In this document: piece by piece, positions 40,101 to 56,267 of the stretch
Position numbering within the stretch: position 1 is the first letter of the stretch
Layout of the letters: each line of letters opens with the position of its first letter
Assembly: GCA_951406725.2 (NCBI GenBank)
Contig: OX597822.1
Span: 101,804,001 to 101,868,000 of the forward strand
Source of the DNA: Octopus vulgaris
Taxonomy: Eukaryota
DNA length: 64,000 nt
Reading direction: 5' to 3'
Made by a program: the position numbers and the translations under genes
Notes under the pieces: model-generated
Told to the model about the DNA's origin: nothing
The model's database searches: none
The model's input: the letters and a program-made list of their open reading frames with translations, nothing else

Positions 40101-41599
40101 ATCACTCCCATGTGTGTTTATTTGCATCATTATCTCCATATCAGCTCACCTGGTTCCTTTGATAGCCACTCTTTACTTCAAGGTCCTCGATAAGTTTTCG
40201 GTATGTAAGTTAGAATCATTTGGACACTGCTACATGTTCCTATATAGAGCAACTTTAGCCCTCAGCTGTTGACTATATATATATAAATGTGTGTGTGTGT
40301 GCTTCTCAGTGTGCGTGCAGATCATACAGTTTTTCATTGGAGACATTAGCCTAAGAAATTGTTGATATGATAGGCAACTGGAAAAATCACTAAAGATTCG
40401 TTTGAAAGAAAGCAAGAATGGAAACATTTTGAGTGAGAAACCAAATGGTAAACAATATATTCTGGATATCCTCTGAGAGAAGAGCCTTATGTGGAGACCG
40501 TTGTTATGAAAGAGCAGATGACGTGTAACAGTCAACGCGTTAGCAAACACTGTTTCTAGTTTTTACTTAGAAAATATTTTTCTTCAGGAGCGTGCAAAAT
40601 GGATATGAAAGAAATGAACATACATGTTTTTTCTTCATATATTAGACAGTATGGGTTGATACGAGAAACCTTTCAGCTCAGACCATGATATATCTCAAGT
40701 CTGGTCCAAAATACGTGTATTGAAGACTCGTTGCAATAGTTGTTTCGTTAGATGTGTTCGATGTTGGTAAATAAGTATAATCCGTTCGTACCTGCTATGT
40801 ATTACACGATTAGTAAATCCAGCTTCTTACGTATTTTATTGTTTTATACACGAGATTTGAAAGCAATCAAAATCTTCTTTTTTACACTTCATATAACACA
40901 TGGAGATTTTATAAACAAATAACAAAATCAAAATTTGAGAAGTCTTTAATGAATAGTAGTAATAGTTCCTTACTGTTGTTTTTCGTATTTTAATTCGTTT
41001 TTTCGTGTTTTTGACCGAGAAAAATTGTTGGAAGATAATAAAAGACACTTTTCCTTTTCGATATTTCTTGCCAACCTGCATAATCCAACAAGTTGGACAT
41101 TTGCCATCTTTTTTTCAGAACCAACACCAATTTGGCCATCTATCTGATAAAATGTCAAACGAGTGTCGTTTTTATTGTTTGTCAATTTTATTCAATTTAT
41201 TATTATACACTTTTGTAGAATATTTCTTACTTTATCTTGTTTCTTCTTCCTTTTTCGTAGTATATTTTTATTCAGGATTTCTCTTTTCAATAAGACAGAT
41301 ATAGCTATTAGATTGTATTTAACATGGTATATATAATCGACCAAATCCATCCCCTTAAAATCGCTGGCCTTGTGCCATCGTCGTCGTCATCATCATCACC
41401 ATCGTTGTCGTCGTGGACGTTGTTGGTGCTACTGTTGTTGCTATTATTATTATTAATATCATTCTTCTTATTATTATTATGATTGTTGTTGTTGCTTTGT
41501 CATTATTATATTTATTATTATTATCATTAATTGTTCAGAAACGAAGGCACAGGTGTGGCTGTGTGGTAAGAAAGTCCATATATATATAATGTAATTGTT

Positions 41600-41790
41600 C
41601 CATCTTCACAGAAGACTGCCGGCTCCTTATGTTATCTTATCAATAGCATTACTTTCCATCCATGATCCCTCAGATGAGTATTCCGTCTTGCAGCTTCCTA
41701 ACTGGGGGCTTCAAACTGGTGAGGTCAGTGCACGTCACCACTCTTGCATTTCCACGGACTTCCAGTAGAGGAATAACATGATATTCAGGA
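41600..41790 (-). mobile_element. Possible RTE-like C-terminal remnant
   Basis: Weak LYWK..G...; GC-richer island. Confidence 0.3.
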
Positions 41791-41921
41791 TTAATTTGGA
41801 CCTTAACATATCAATAATGTTAATATTTTCGAACCATGCGAAAAGGATAGGGAGATTACAAGTAAATTCCTGGCGGGAAAAGATTTTCCAGCAGATGTGT
41901 ACGAACGTCTGCGCCTTTATG

Positions 41922-41991
<70 letters not shown>

Positions 41992-41999
41992 TATATATA

Positions 42000-42032
<33 letters not shown>

Positions 42033-42911
42033 ATATATATATATATATATATAAAGGATCAAAGGCCTTCCCCAGTCATAGGCTCATGTGGCCTGTTTCT
42101 TGGATTCTCTGACGTATATATCCCCACACACGCACACACACGCATAAGCACACTGGATGTCTCAAGATTATTCATTTTGACCAGGTGAGTGGACTGGACT
42201 AAGGTAAAATTAAGTGTTTTGTTCAAGAAAACAACGCATTACCCGCTTCAGGAATCGAAACCATAGACTTACGTTCATGAGAGCAATACACTACATCACG
42301 CGCCTCCACACACACACACACACATACATACATACATACATACATACATACACACATACATACATAGACACATACACTATACATACATACACGCATACAT
42401 ACATACACAGACACACACAACATACATACATACATACATACACACATTCATTCACACACACATACATACACACACATACATTCACACACATACATACATA
42501 CATTCTTTTTTACATACATACAAACATACATGTATACACACTAGCACGAACGCGTCGCCTTTTTCGATATTGTATCTTATTCAAAAGATATTTTTTACGT
42601 CTTTATCTGTTGTAGACCTATTGTCTATCTTTATAAGAAGGTCATATTCAGGTATGGGCCATCTATTGTTGCTATAAATATCTAAACGATAGTTAGGACA
42701 ACTTTACTACAACTACGTGTATTTGTAAAGTAATAGAAGTTTAAATTTGAATTATATTTTAAATTATACAGTATACTAAAGAGTGAAGCAGCCGTGCAGA
42801 CTTTGTCAGGATTGTGACGTATAAGTAGGTTTTATCTATATTTTATTTAACTTGAAATTTTTTATGTTGAAGTGCATCGAAACAGTAGGAGTGTGCCGTT
42901 CCGATGGATAG

Positions 42912-44016
<1,105 letters not shown>

Positions 44017-44602
44017 TGTATAGATATAGATATATATGTATGTACACACGCACACACACACACACAACACCCACACACGAGCATATATGCGGTTATATAT
44101 ACATTTAGGTAGATAAATATGTAGGTAGGTAGGTAGGTAGGTAGGTAGGTAGGTAAGTAGTTATGCATTTGTAAATTTTCAAAATAGTCTGTTTCTATTG
44201 ATTCAATCATTTTTGTGTTCTTTTGTTTTTTCCAGTGCTTCCACCTGTACACCCCCTCGTCTCAGTTCATCTTTACTTACACCTGACTAGAACAGGTAGA
44301 TCCGTAATGTTAACAGCTTGTTATTTTTATATTCCTGCGTGTTGCCTTGCAACCCAATGTATACCTTATATAGGTCATATTCTATATGTGATTTCAGATT
44401 CCTTTATACTTTGTGTTCCAAGATCGACGTTAATTTTCTTTCTAAATATATATTGATTACAACTTTTAATGCAAGTGGCATCGACTGAGAAATTCATTTT
44501 CTATGACTCCTTGACGTTGTCAAGCAAAGAAACATTGATGGATAATAGTTTCTAAATATATTCTCTTTAATTTATAGTTGCTCGACCTTTACTAAGCTCT
44601 TC

Positions 44603-44724
44603 TGACTCTGACGAAAGTAGCATCTATTTTTTTAGGTCGTTCAATTTTTCTAAAGCGATCAATGGACCGATTGAGCAAACCGATCAGTAAACCTATATTG
44701 ACTACGGGAAACAGCTGTAAGCCA
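44603..44724 (+). ncRNA. Type I hammerhead ribozyme-like motif with long stem II
   Basis: CTGACGA 44608-14; GAAA-CAGCTG-TA 44708-19; stem II GTAG/CTAC and TAGGT/ACCTA. Confidence 0.55.
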
Positions 44725-44777
44725 AATCTCCTGACTGCAATAGGAAAAATATGTAATGACCATTATTTATACCTTGC

Positions 44778-44915
<138 letters not shown>

Positions 44916-44934
44916 TTACATATAAAAGAGGTGA

Positions 44935-46150
44935 CCTGTAAGTGGACATCCATTATGCAAGAAATGGACTTGACGTAAACATTCAATTCACGATGGAATA
45001 TAGCCATCAACAACTTCCTTTGCTCGACATCCTCATTAAGAAATCTAACAACGAAATAGAAATAGATATATACTATAAGCCCACAGACTCCAAGCAATAT
45101 CTACCGTTCAACCCATGCCACCCCGGACACAGTAGAATGAATATCCCTTTCAACCCAACAAAAAGGATTTGTACTATAGTTTCTAATACAAGCACCAGGG
45201 ACACACGACTACATGAACTAAATAATACACTCATCACCAGGAACAACCCACCATCATTAATTGACATATACTTACAACGTGCCCTACAACTCAACATCCA
45301 CGAACTCAGACATCCCAAATTAAAGAAGGATTTACAACCAAAATCTGCCATACATCTCCACACACAACCCTCTTAACAATGATGCCTTCAACACCATCTT
45401 CTAAAACATTCCCCTTCTAAAAAGGGATCACAGACTGAATTTAATTCTCCAAACCCACACCATCATAAAAAGCAAGAGACAGCCCACATCTATGAAAAGT
45501 CTCCTAATACAACCCTGAATACGCTCAACAACAACACTGAAGCCGTCAGTAAATAAATGTGGAAGACCTAACTGTGGCTCATGCGTCAATCTAATTGAGG
45601 GATCAGAGTTCTCTTTCAAACAGAGTCAATGTTTCACAGTGAAGAGCAACTTCATATGTGCTTCGGAAAATCTGATGTACGTATTAACCTGCTCTGTGTG
45701 TCGAGAGCAATACATAGGCTAAACAAAAAACAGTCTACGTCAAAGGATGGCTCTGCACAGATCCCAGATCAAAATTCAGAAAAACAGAAAACTAACATTC
45801 AGCGAACACATCGACATTTACTTCAATAACAAACAACTAAGCTTCAGAATATTTCATCTCTATCAATTCAGAGACGATAGAACCTGTAGTCAGCCTATTA
45901 ATAAAGAGTCATTCTTTATCACAATACAACAACCCCTTTTGAATGCACCCGCAACAAATGACACTTTCACCAGGGCTTTAGAATAACACCCACGCAAATA
46001 TTAAAAATGATATATTCAAAACACTCACCTCCAGAATTTATTCAGAACGATTTCAATCATTACTATCATCCACAACGAATCACTTTTAGGTCAGTTGACC
46101 ACTTAAGTGGATTCCATCAACATTCTCCTACTGTCATATCAATCCCACAT
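44935..46150 (+). mobile_element. Penelope-like element (Neptune type): RT C-terminus, Cys linker and GIY-YIG, decayed
   Basis: IQFTMEYSHQQLPLLDI..DIYYKPTDSKQYL.F..CHP; CGRPNCGSC; NLMYVLTC..C..QYIG. Confidence 0.9.
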
Positions 46151-46156
46151 TCTTTT

Positions 46157-46186
<30 letters not shown>

Positions 46187-46187
<1 letters not shown>

Positions 46188-46571
46188 GAGGGAACAAACA
46201 ATGACAGACAAAGGGACTAAATTGATTACATCGACCCAACTGCGTAACTGGTACTTATTTAATCGACCCCGAAAGGATGAAAGGCAACGTCGACCTCGGC
46301 GGAATTTGAACTCAGAACGTAGCGGCAGACGAAATACTTATTTCTTTACTACCCACAAGGGGCTAAATACAGAGAGGACAAACAAGGATAGACAAACGGA
46401 TTAAGTCGATTATATCGACCCCGGTGCGTAACTGGTACTTATTTAATCGACCCCGAAAGGATGAAAGGCAAAGTTGACCTCGGTGGAATTTGAATTCAGA
46501 ACGTAGCGGCAGACGAAATACCGCTAAGCATTTCGCCCGGCGTGCTAACGTTTTTGCCAGCTCGCCACCTT
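46187..46571 (-). mobile_element. SINE family B, duplicated body
   Basis: Sequence match. Confidence 0.9.
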
Positions 46572-47648
46572 ATATATATGCTTTTGTTTCCAGAACCTAA
46601 GGTGCAGCTAATCATCACACTTTTCTTATGCATGATAAATTCTCGGAGATTATATTTCGCTTATAAAATCACAACGGCAATGAATCATCTGCAACTGACA
46701 TGTTCGAATACTTCAGAAATAATTTTTGAATAATTTAGATTCATATGAGTTCATCTAACATATATCGAAATACAAGTGATACGGTGAAATGTTTTCCTGT
46801 TTAACTAGGCATAGAAGTTTATACGTTGGTATAATATAATATCTATTATTTTCATATCTCACATCGCATTTTCTTGGCAAATCTTATACTACTATCAAGG
46901 GTACGCCCTCCTGGCGAACTTCAAGATACTGACTGCCGACAGCTTACATATACCGCCTTAACAGTGGCTGCTCCCCAAAACTGGTTGCCTCACAACCAAG
47001 AACAGAGTTTCTAACCATAATCTTGGTGCTTGCACGCAAACACACTCATACACACATACACTTCTATGTACACACGCGTTATACACACACACATATAAAC
47101 ATGGCATACACACATGCATACATACATCTATGTACGTATACTTCGCCTTTCTTTCCTTCCCACCACACCATCAAACCGCATTCCAACGCCTAATGTCCTC
47201 CGTCTACCAACGCTTTTTCAACTAGACCAGCACACATCCGACGTAAACATACACCAAACGAAAACACACGCGCACATGTATCTTCTTCCAGACAAACTCG
47301 CACGCACTCATATGATTATACACAAATGCAAGAATCTACATACGCACACACATTCATACATGCATTCTGAACACATTCGCACAAGCACGCGTATACAGCA
47401 GGCACTGACATACGCGTATTCTCACGCACACACACATACTCACACAACAAATAACACACCTACATCCAAGCAGCACTCATACATCTGGTTCACACACATG
47501 TAGACACTCTCACCGGCCTTGCTTCTGTCAGCTTCCGACTCCTATGGAAACACTGAGTAAAACTTCAACTGTTGTTTTGGTTTCACTTTTGTAGTTCACT
47601 TTGTATTTTATTCACATCGTTTCGTCCTGGTCAAGTTTTTTTTATTTA

Positions 47649-48003
<355 letters not shown>

Positions 48004-48718
48004 AGATAGCTTCTGCAATATTTTACACTACCAAATTCAGTAAAATTGGTATTGGTCAACTCGAGCATATTGTACAAAACACTTAAGCCAATGTACCTTA
48101 CGATGCAATCGAACCTACACCTATGTATTTCTTACGTAAACATCTTCTTCTTAACCGAACAGTCATGTTTGGTACACAAAATAATTAATGACGAGAAATG
48201 TAGATGAGTCTTCTAATCTGCTTTGATTTCAGTTAGTATTTTTAGTTCGAGGCGAATATTTTGACGACCTTGCGTCTAGGTTGAGTCAAATGTTAAATAT
48301 AATGTAATATATCCGTTTCAGACATTGCTACTTGAGAAAGCCAGACACAATCTTGAATATACAAACTAAAAACTTTTGAATGTGCAAACTATTCGCTAAA
48401 TAGACACCAATAAACATAAACTCGTGCGCATACATATTTAAATAAAACTTCCTCTTTTCCACACCTCTCAAAATTAAGTCATTATTGTGAATACAATTAG
48501 TTCTTTAAACAGAAAAATAGAAGTTTTCCCTTGTTAAAGAACACTCAATGTTTCTTACAAAATCACAAGGGTACATAGATATAGGGAAATCCAATTTAGA
48601 ATATTATCTTTACTAAACTATGAAGTTTATTGTGCGCCATTAATTAAACTGAATTTTTTTTCATCAAAACTACTGCTATTGTATATTTAATAGTTAGCGA
48701 GTAGCATTTACCTTGAAC

Positions 48719-48946
48719 AAGGCGGCGAGCTGGCAGAAACGTTAGCACGCCGGGCGAAATGCATAGCCGTATTTCGTCTGCCGTTACATTGTGAGTTCAA
48801 ATTCCGCCGAGGTCGACTTTGCCTTTCATCCTTTCGGGGTAGATAAATTAAGTACCACTGGGGTCGATGTAATCGACTTAATACCTATGTCTGTCCTTGT
48901 TTGTCCCCTCTATGTTTAGCCCCTTGTGGGTAATAAAGAAATAGGT
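48719..48946 (+). mobile_element. SINE family B monomer
   Basis: TSD TTTACCTTGAA. Confidence 0.9.
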
Positions 48947-51120
48947 TTTACCTTGAAATAAATGTTTGGTTCGTGCCTTCGGCATTTCAAAGTCTGAGTA
49001 CTAATTTCAGAATGAGAGAAGCAAAAAAATAAATAAACAAATAAATAATAACAATAATAATAAATAAATGATAATAATTTGTAAGAAAAAATAAAATTCA
49101 AATATCATAAACATAACATTTGAAACACCAAATGACGCGATGATCATCCAAACAGCAAAGCAAAATGTTTCTTATATGGTTGTAACACCTTCCAGTATTT
49201 TGACGGGAAAGGTGTGGCAATGATACCCAGCACTATTTTTCATCTTGTCAAGTGACTTCTGTAACACTTGCAGGATTTTTCTTACTTCAAAATGAATGTG
49301 ATGTACAGAAAGTTTTGTTGGTAATGCATATATTATGCACGATAAGCATGGTGAATACATCAGAAAGTGTTCCAAACAACAATTATGAATATCTTCAATG
49401 CAAACTTCTTTCATACAATAAACGTGAATTATCGCTACGTTGCGAAGTGTTCAAACAACGCTTTATGTGCGTGAACATAAAGAGTCTTTCAAGACCAGTT
49501 TTACTTAAGTAAATTGAGCTTACTTTAGAAGCAGTATCCTCACTTTGAAGTCATATGTGCTCACTTAGAATCATAAATATCGTAGTCAATTAAAACTGAG
49601 GAAGCTACGACCGACAGCGTGTATATGTAAGAAGAAGAAACATCTACCTGTACATCGCTCAATAAATGGTAAACATTTTTATTAAAATATATTTAGAAGG
49701 AATATACAGATGTAGATGAACACATACATTTAGTTTAGCTAGTACCTCAGTATTTTAATTGTCACCAATTTTTTGCTGATTTTCAAAAATACATGTTTGA
49801 AACAATAAGACCAAACATATTGAAGTTCTAATACAAATTGAAATCCTAATAACTTTTTGTTCTGTTTTTTTTTTAATCAGCTTTTCATATGTACTGCATG
49901 TTTTGTGTGTATATATTTTTTGTGTGTATATGTATATATATAAATATAACTCAACCTAATAGAGTCAGTAGCTTCTTATTGCATATTTCTTCTCAGAAAT
50001 ACTATTAGTACAGATAAAATATGCTATCTTCCTACATAATTCTTGAGGACATTTTCTACTTCCATTCGATAACATTCGCTACGTTTTTATATTGTTCATA
50101 TTAACATTCCTGTAGCCCCGGGAAATTTTACTTTCGTACTCTATTAACAACTAGTTTTCAATCTTTATCTTATAATCCAGAAACCATTTCACAATATTTC
50201 TTCTTATTCCCATTTATTACACACTAAGCTCGAGCAAACATTGATCCGAGCCTGAGGTACCTTCAGTAGATAAATATAACAATAATATAAAGTTAACTCT
50301 ATAAAACTAGATTATGTTAGGCTTAAAAACTAAAATGCATGTAACATCGTATCTTTCTTACATACTTATGTATGTGCTTTCTTATGGTATTGGCAACACA
50401 TATACACTTACATTAAATATGCATATATATCTTTTTTTTCTTTTTTAATACAAGTCATGTAAACACACTTCGATATAGCTTAATGTTATGTACAACTGTT
50501 GTGTGTAGCATGTGGTTTTACTCATTAAATATTTAGCCCAGGAGCAAATTTATTGGAAATCGTGGAAAAGTAAGCCCCATGTATAAGTGCAACCTGGTGT
50601 TACAGAGCATTATCAGCATATAAATTATGCTGAAACGTCGTGATATTTCCTGGAATTGGTAAGTATTTGAGATAGAATGCTAAATTATAGGGATATGATG
50701 GCCACGATTGAGTTCACAGTAAATGAGAGCAGGCACGCGTCTGACTTAGTATTTGCTGACGTCATCAGTTCCAAACGCCACTTACGTGTGTATATATATA
50801 TGTATGTGTATGAGGGCGTGTGTTCGTTTTTGTGTGTGTGTGTGTGTGTATGTGTGAGTGTGCGCGCGCCCCTGTGCAAGAGAAAGAGAGATTAAATATT
50901 GTGTAATGGAGAAGTTACAAAGTGAATAAAAATATAATAATTAGGAAAAAAGAGAAATTATCTACATTAATTAATGTCAAATAATATGCATATATTCAAA
51001 CAAGAAACTGCTTCGTTCAAATACAATGAAGTTGAAGTTGTAGTTAATCAAGTTGATAAGGCTCCAAAACTACTATCGAAGTATCGTTGGTTCTTACCCT
51101 GTTACACACATATAAATATA

Positions 51121-51172
<52 letters not shown>

Positions 51173-51174
51173 TA

Positions 51175-51312
51175 TATACGACGGGCTTCCTTGTGAGATC
51201 CACTCACAAGGCTATGGTAGAAGACACTTGTTCAAGGTGCCACGCAGTGGGACTGAACTCGGAACCATGTGGTTCATAAGCAAGCTACTTACCACACAGC
51301 CACTCCCACGCC
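51175..51312 (-). mobile_element. SINE family A head with internal deletions
   Basis: Same deletions as the 52323 copy. Confidence 0.8.
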
Positions 51313-51368
51313 TACAATTACTTTGTATCAAGATATCAGTCTGTCTGTGGTAAAAAGACCCGACTTAC

Positions 51369-51459
51369 CATGACACAATCTGTAAGCAAGTCACCTGGGG
51401 TGATAATGTTCACGGAAAAAAATGTAAATTCGCTTTCGTTTACTTGCTTAGTGTCTCCA
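51369..51459 (-). CDS. Candidate internal exon (GDTKQVNESEFTFFSVNIITPGDLLTDCVM)
   Basis: Acceptor CCTCTATCCAG, donor ATG|GTAAGT, open frame, phase 2 to 0. Confidence 0.3.
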
Positions 51460-51741
51460 CTGGATAGAGGACAGTTTTACACGCAATAGTAAATACAGCG
51501 ATACTAACTGGTAAAGTGTACAGAGAACAGCAAAAGACAAAACAATGGCGTTCATATTCATTAATAAGTTCCGGCAGAATCATTTGTGAATGTGCTAATA
51601 GGTGGCGTGCTTTGTCTACAGAGAACTACTTTCAGACAAAGTGTGTTCACAACACTCATTGGGGAAAGGAGTCTTTCAGACATTACGGTGTTCCACCCTG
51701 GTTATGAGTCTTCAGTCGACGCTATAACTGTATCAATGAAG

Positions 51742-52128
51742 TGGAGGCGCAATGGCCCAGTGGTTAGGGCAGCGGACTCGCGGTCATAGGATCGCGGTTT
51801 CGATTCCCAGACCGGGCGTTGTGAGTGTTTATTGAGCGAAAACACCTAAAAGCTCCACGAGGCTCTGGCAGGGGATGGTGGTGATCCCTGCTGTACTCTT
51901 TCACCACAACTTTCTCTCACTCTTACTTCCTGTTTCTGTTGTACCTGTATTTCAAAGGGGCCGGCCTTGTCACTCTCTGTGTCACGCTGAATATCCCCGA
52001 GAACTACGTTAAGGGTACACGTGTCTGAGGAGTGCTCAGCCACTTACACGTTAATTTCACGAGCAGGCTGTTCCGTTGATTCGGATCAACCGGAACCCTC
52101 GTCGTCGGAACCGACGGTGTGCTTCCAC
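51742..52128 (+). mobile_element. SINE family C, full length
   Basis: Sequence match. Confidence 0.92.
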
Positions 52129-52322
52129 TTCACTGATAATGCACTCCATTCATTGAGGTAAAAGGATTTTAAGACACAGTGGCTCATTCTTAATACGTTA
52201 ACATATTTACGTTCGAATATGCCGGAACGTATTTAGAATGAATACGTACGTCACTGAAACACTAAATTTGCAATAAGTGCAGGTTTTTTAATCATTAGAT
52301 CCAAACTACTATGTTAAATATA

Positions 52323-52495
52323 TTACTCTTTTACTTGTTTCAGTCGAGGACTTATTCTTTGTAGGCCTAGTACTTATTCTATCGGTCTCTTTTGCCGAAC
52401 CGCTAAGTTACGGGGACGTAAACACACCAGCATCGGTTGTCAAGCGATGTTGGGGGAACAAACACAGGCACACAAACATACACACATACATACTT

Positions 52496-52568
<73 letters not shown>

Positions 52569-52712
52569 CACATACATACGACGGCTTCCTTGTGAGATCC
52601 ACTCACAAGGCTATGGTAGAAGACACTTGCTCAAGGTGCCACGCAGTGGGACTGAACCCGGAACCATGTGGTTCGTAAGCAAGCTACTTACCACACAGCC
52701 ACTCCCACGCCT
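52323..52712 (-). mobile_element. SINE family A with internal deletions
   Basis: Sequence match. Confidence 0.85.
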
Positions 52713-53606
52713 ACAATTACTTTGTATCAAGATATTACCTTGTATCAAGTTTTTACATACTGGATCACCAAAACTAAAAGTACCAGTAAATGTTCACTTG
52801 CTTTTTAATGAAGTTTTATGCTATTGAAACCACCCGACTAAGATATTAAATGTAAACTGATCCGAATTAAATTATGAAATATTTCCACGTTATAATTCCT
52901 TTTCGTATCCATTGGTCACAGGAGGCGGCATAGTAAAGCTAGCTTTGTCGCCTTTTATATTTGTAAGGTACAACACTTTTTGTATTCATCACGAACGTTC
53001 TTAAGTAAATGTTTACGAGAAAAATGAAGCCGAGAGTGGAACACCAGTGAATTGCACACCCAGGGGAGCTATGAGTCATTACAAATAACAGTATTCTGTT
53101 TCATTGAAATCACAAGAGTTCCATCATTATAAACCCCACTGAGTTATATCATTAAATTATTGACGAAGCTTGTTATTAGAAAGACCTGTAGGATTTCATT
53201 ACAATCAGCATTTAGCATATTTACAACCATCACTGAGTTGTTACTTGACAAACATCACAGAGTTGTGTCATTAGAGCCACGACTGAGATCTCGTCTCAAC
53301 TACCTACGCAATTTCTTTACAATCAATGGTGTAAATAGTTTAAAAAAAACTTTTAAAACATCGTTTCATAAAATCCCCTAAACACCTCTTAGCTGTTTCA
53401 ACATTGAGCTGAGCTTTGTCATAAGAATCTCTAATGTATATTGTTACAATCATGTGTTAAATACTTACATTCAATATTTCTTGTATAAACAGATGCATTT
53501 TTACATCTGACATTTTTTGTATTAACTCATACGTTCTTACATCCAATATTTTTTATATCAGCGTAAACTCCAGTGATATCATTGCAACCACTATAGAACT
53601 GTTTCT

Positions 53607-53955
53607 AAGGGCGGCGAGCTGGCAGAAACGTTAGCACGCCGGGCGAAATGCGTAGCCGTATTTCGTATGCCGTTACGTTCTGAGTTCAAATTCTGCCGAG
53701 GTCGACTTTGCCTTTCATCCTTTCGGCGTCGATTAAATAAGTACCAGTTACGCACTGGGGTCGATACAATCGACTTAATCTGTTTGTCTATCCTTGTTTG
53801 TCCCCTCTGTGTTTAGCCCCTTGTGGGTAGTAAAGAAATAGGTATTACGTCTGCCGCTACGTTCTGAGTTCGAATTCCGCCAAGGTCGACTTTGCCTTTC
53901 ATTCTTTCGGGGTCGATAAATTAAGTACCAGTTACGCACTGGGATCGATGTAATG
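53607..53955 (+). mobile_element. SINE family B with partial second body
   Basis: Sequence match. Confidence 0.9.
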
Positions 53956-54084
53956 CACTACCCGGGATGGTGGGACAAACGAATGGTGGCTGACTACTAC
54001 TGGAGTATCAAAAGGGACTTAAATAACATTGAACATGACAGACATTCAAGAAAGAGAAAATTTTTTAACATAGTTCTCATTCTC

Positions 54085-54280
54085 TTAATTGTTTCAGTCA
54101 TTTGACTGCGGTCATGCTGGAGCAACGCCTTTAGTCGAGCAAATCGACCCCAGGGCTTATTCTTTGTAAAACTAGTACTTATCCCATCGGTCTCTTTTGC
54201 CGAACCGCTAAGTTACGTGGACGTAAACACACCAGCATCGGTTGTCAAGAGATACTGGAGAGACAAGCACAGACGCACAA
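54085..54280 (-). mobile_element. SINE family A, 3' half
   Basis: Sequence match. Confidence 0.85.
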
Positions 54281-54323
54281 ACATACACACACACACACAC
54301 ACACACGCACACACATACACACA

Positions 54324-54395
<72 letters not shown>

Positions 54396-54581
54396 CAAAG
54401 GTTTTATTTCTGCAATTAGTTTATTTAATGATTTGATGAAAATACTTGTTAGTCATGGTATATTCAATCATGTTATTTTAAAGACTTAGGGTCTGATTGT
54501 TATTGCAAAAATAGTATTTCTCAATAAGTAGACCAATGTTTGTTGGTTTAAATACGAATTGAGAGGTTTCCACGGTTTTAC

Positions 54582-54688
54582 TTTGAGAAATATTGCCATC
54601 GATCAATATCAAATATACAGAAAACAAATGAAGAAAATGCTGTTTTTTCCTCAAAAATGAGGCATTTCTGTACAGCGAAATTGGGTAG
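54582..54688 (-). CDS. Weak candidate exon (LPNFAVQKCLIFEEKTAFSSFVFCIFDIDRWQYFS)
   Basis: Acceptor CTTTCTCTTAG, donor GTAAAA; phase 0 to 2 would bridge the neighbouring candidates. Confidence 0.2.
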
Positions 54689-55596
54689 CTAAGAGAAAGT
54701 AAGGTCATTTTCAGAAATTAACCTTAAATTAACTAAAAAAGATGTTTGATGTCTTGACACCATTTCAAATTATTTTTTGTTGATCAGTGTAATCTGATTG
54801 ATTCTCTTTTCTAGTAGGCCAATTATCAGGCATAGTCCATCTTTTTGTAAGACAAAACAGATCTCTAATCAAACATAGTAAACCAATAATCAGATATAGT
54901 AGGCCTAAGACCAAGCATCTATGACCTAAGCGTTTATGAGTCAACCATTCCGGAAACAGTGAGGGAAAATTTAAGAGAGATTTATCAGCTATATCTTGAG
55001 TGCGGATACGACCAAGAAGAATCTTCTGATGTAAAATGCGAATAATAAGAATACTCTTTCGAAAATTAGAAGAAATTTAATTACATTTAATTAAACGAAA
55101 ACTAATGATCGAAAGTATACTTAGGATGTCGTGACGTGTTTGCTGCAAGCAGAGATTTAGATTTTAACATATCCTGAACAAAGTTTGTTTCAGATTAAAT
55201 AATTCTAATAATTATATTTATTATAATAAATATAGTGAGAATCCTGTGAATAGGAAATGGATTGGAAAGAAATTGAATAGAAATACTTTGATATGATTTA
55301 TATATTAATTTCTTTAGTGTGTATATTAACGTGTTTCTTACAAATTTTCTGTAACACACCGGGAAGTCCAATATTATATTTACATATGTTATATATTATA
55401 TCAGATGGAAAATTGCTAGTGCATTAGTTAAAATGTATATTGCTCTGGATCTTTACGCTCTGCATTCAAATTTTGGACCTTTCAACAATTTGGACTCGAT
55501 AAAATATGTACCAGTTGTAACACTAGGTTCTGTGTAAGCAACAAACCCCTTTCCTCTAAAATTATTGGCCTTGTTCCAAAACCATATTATATTATA

Positions 55597-55973
55597 CTAT
55601 CAGTATCGCCCGGCGTTACTCGGGTTTGTAAGGGAAATAACAATATAAGCATTTTTAGAGAGTTATAGCCAAAAATTATCAAAAAAAAATTATGGTAAAT
55701 TTTTTTTAAATCGTTGACTCATCGTAGACATTTTTAGAGAGTTACTTCCCTTTTTTTAATAGCGAAAAAATGCATTAAAATGGAAAAAAATGATGGTCAT
55801 TTTTTTTTAAATCGTAGATTCATCGTAGACGCGCGCTAATACCCAGAAGGGCTGGATATGAATCACGACTATAAGATACCCGGTTTTGGTTAAACTGCAC
55901 CGCAAAATGTGGGAGTAGTTGGGAATCTAAATCGTAGGAGACAGACACACAACTTCACTTTTATATATAAAGA
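55597..55973 (-). mobile_element. Non-autonomous Helitron
   Basis: Minus strand begins A|TCTTTATATATAAAA; ends with hairpin CCCG..CGGG and (C>A)TAG|T. Confidence 0.8.
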
Positions 55974-56267
55974 TTATTTTATATTAGACAAATGCTTTGT
56001 AATATTCCTTCCGGTTCCTTACGTTCTGCCTTCAAATCTTCTGACTAGTTTAACTTTACATGTCCTCCCTCAGGTGTCCGTAAACTTAAGTACTACTCTA
56101 CTAGTTAACCGTATTGACAAGTCCCAAATGTTTGGCATAATGCCCAAACCAGAAACAATACATTATATCATAATGCGTTATATTATATTTTATTGTATTA
56201 TATTAAATTATATTATATTATATTATATTATATTATATTATATTACATTACATTATATTATATTATA

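Noticed and set aside
42775-42893. CTAAAGA...GAAACAGTA hammerhead-like remnant
   Set aside because: Core is mutated and stem I does not pair
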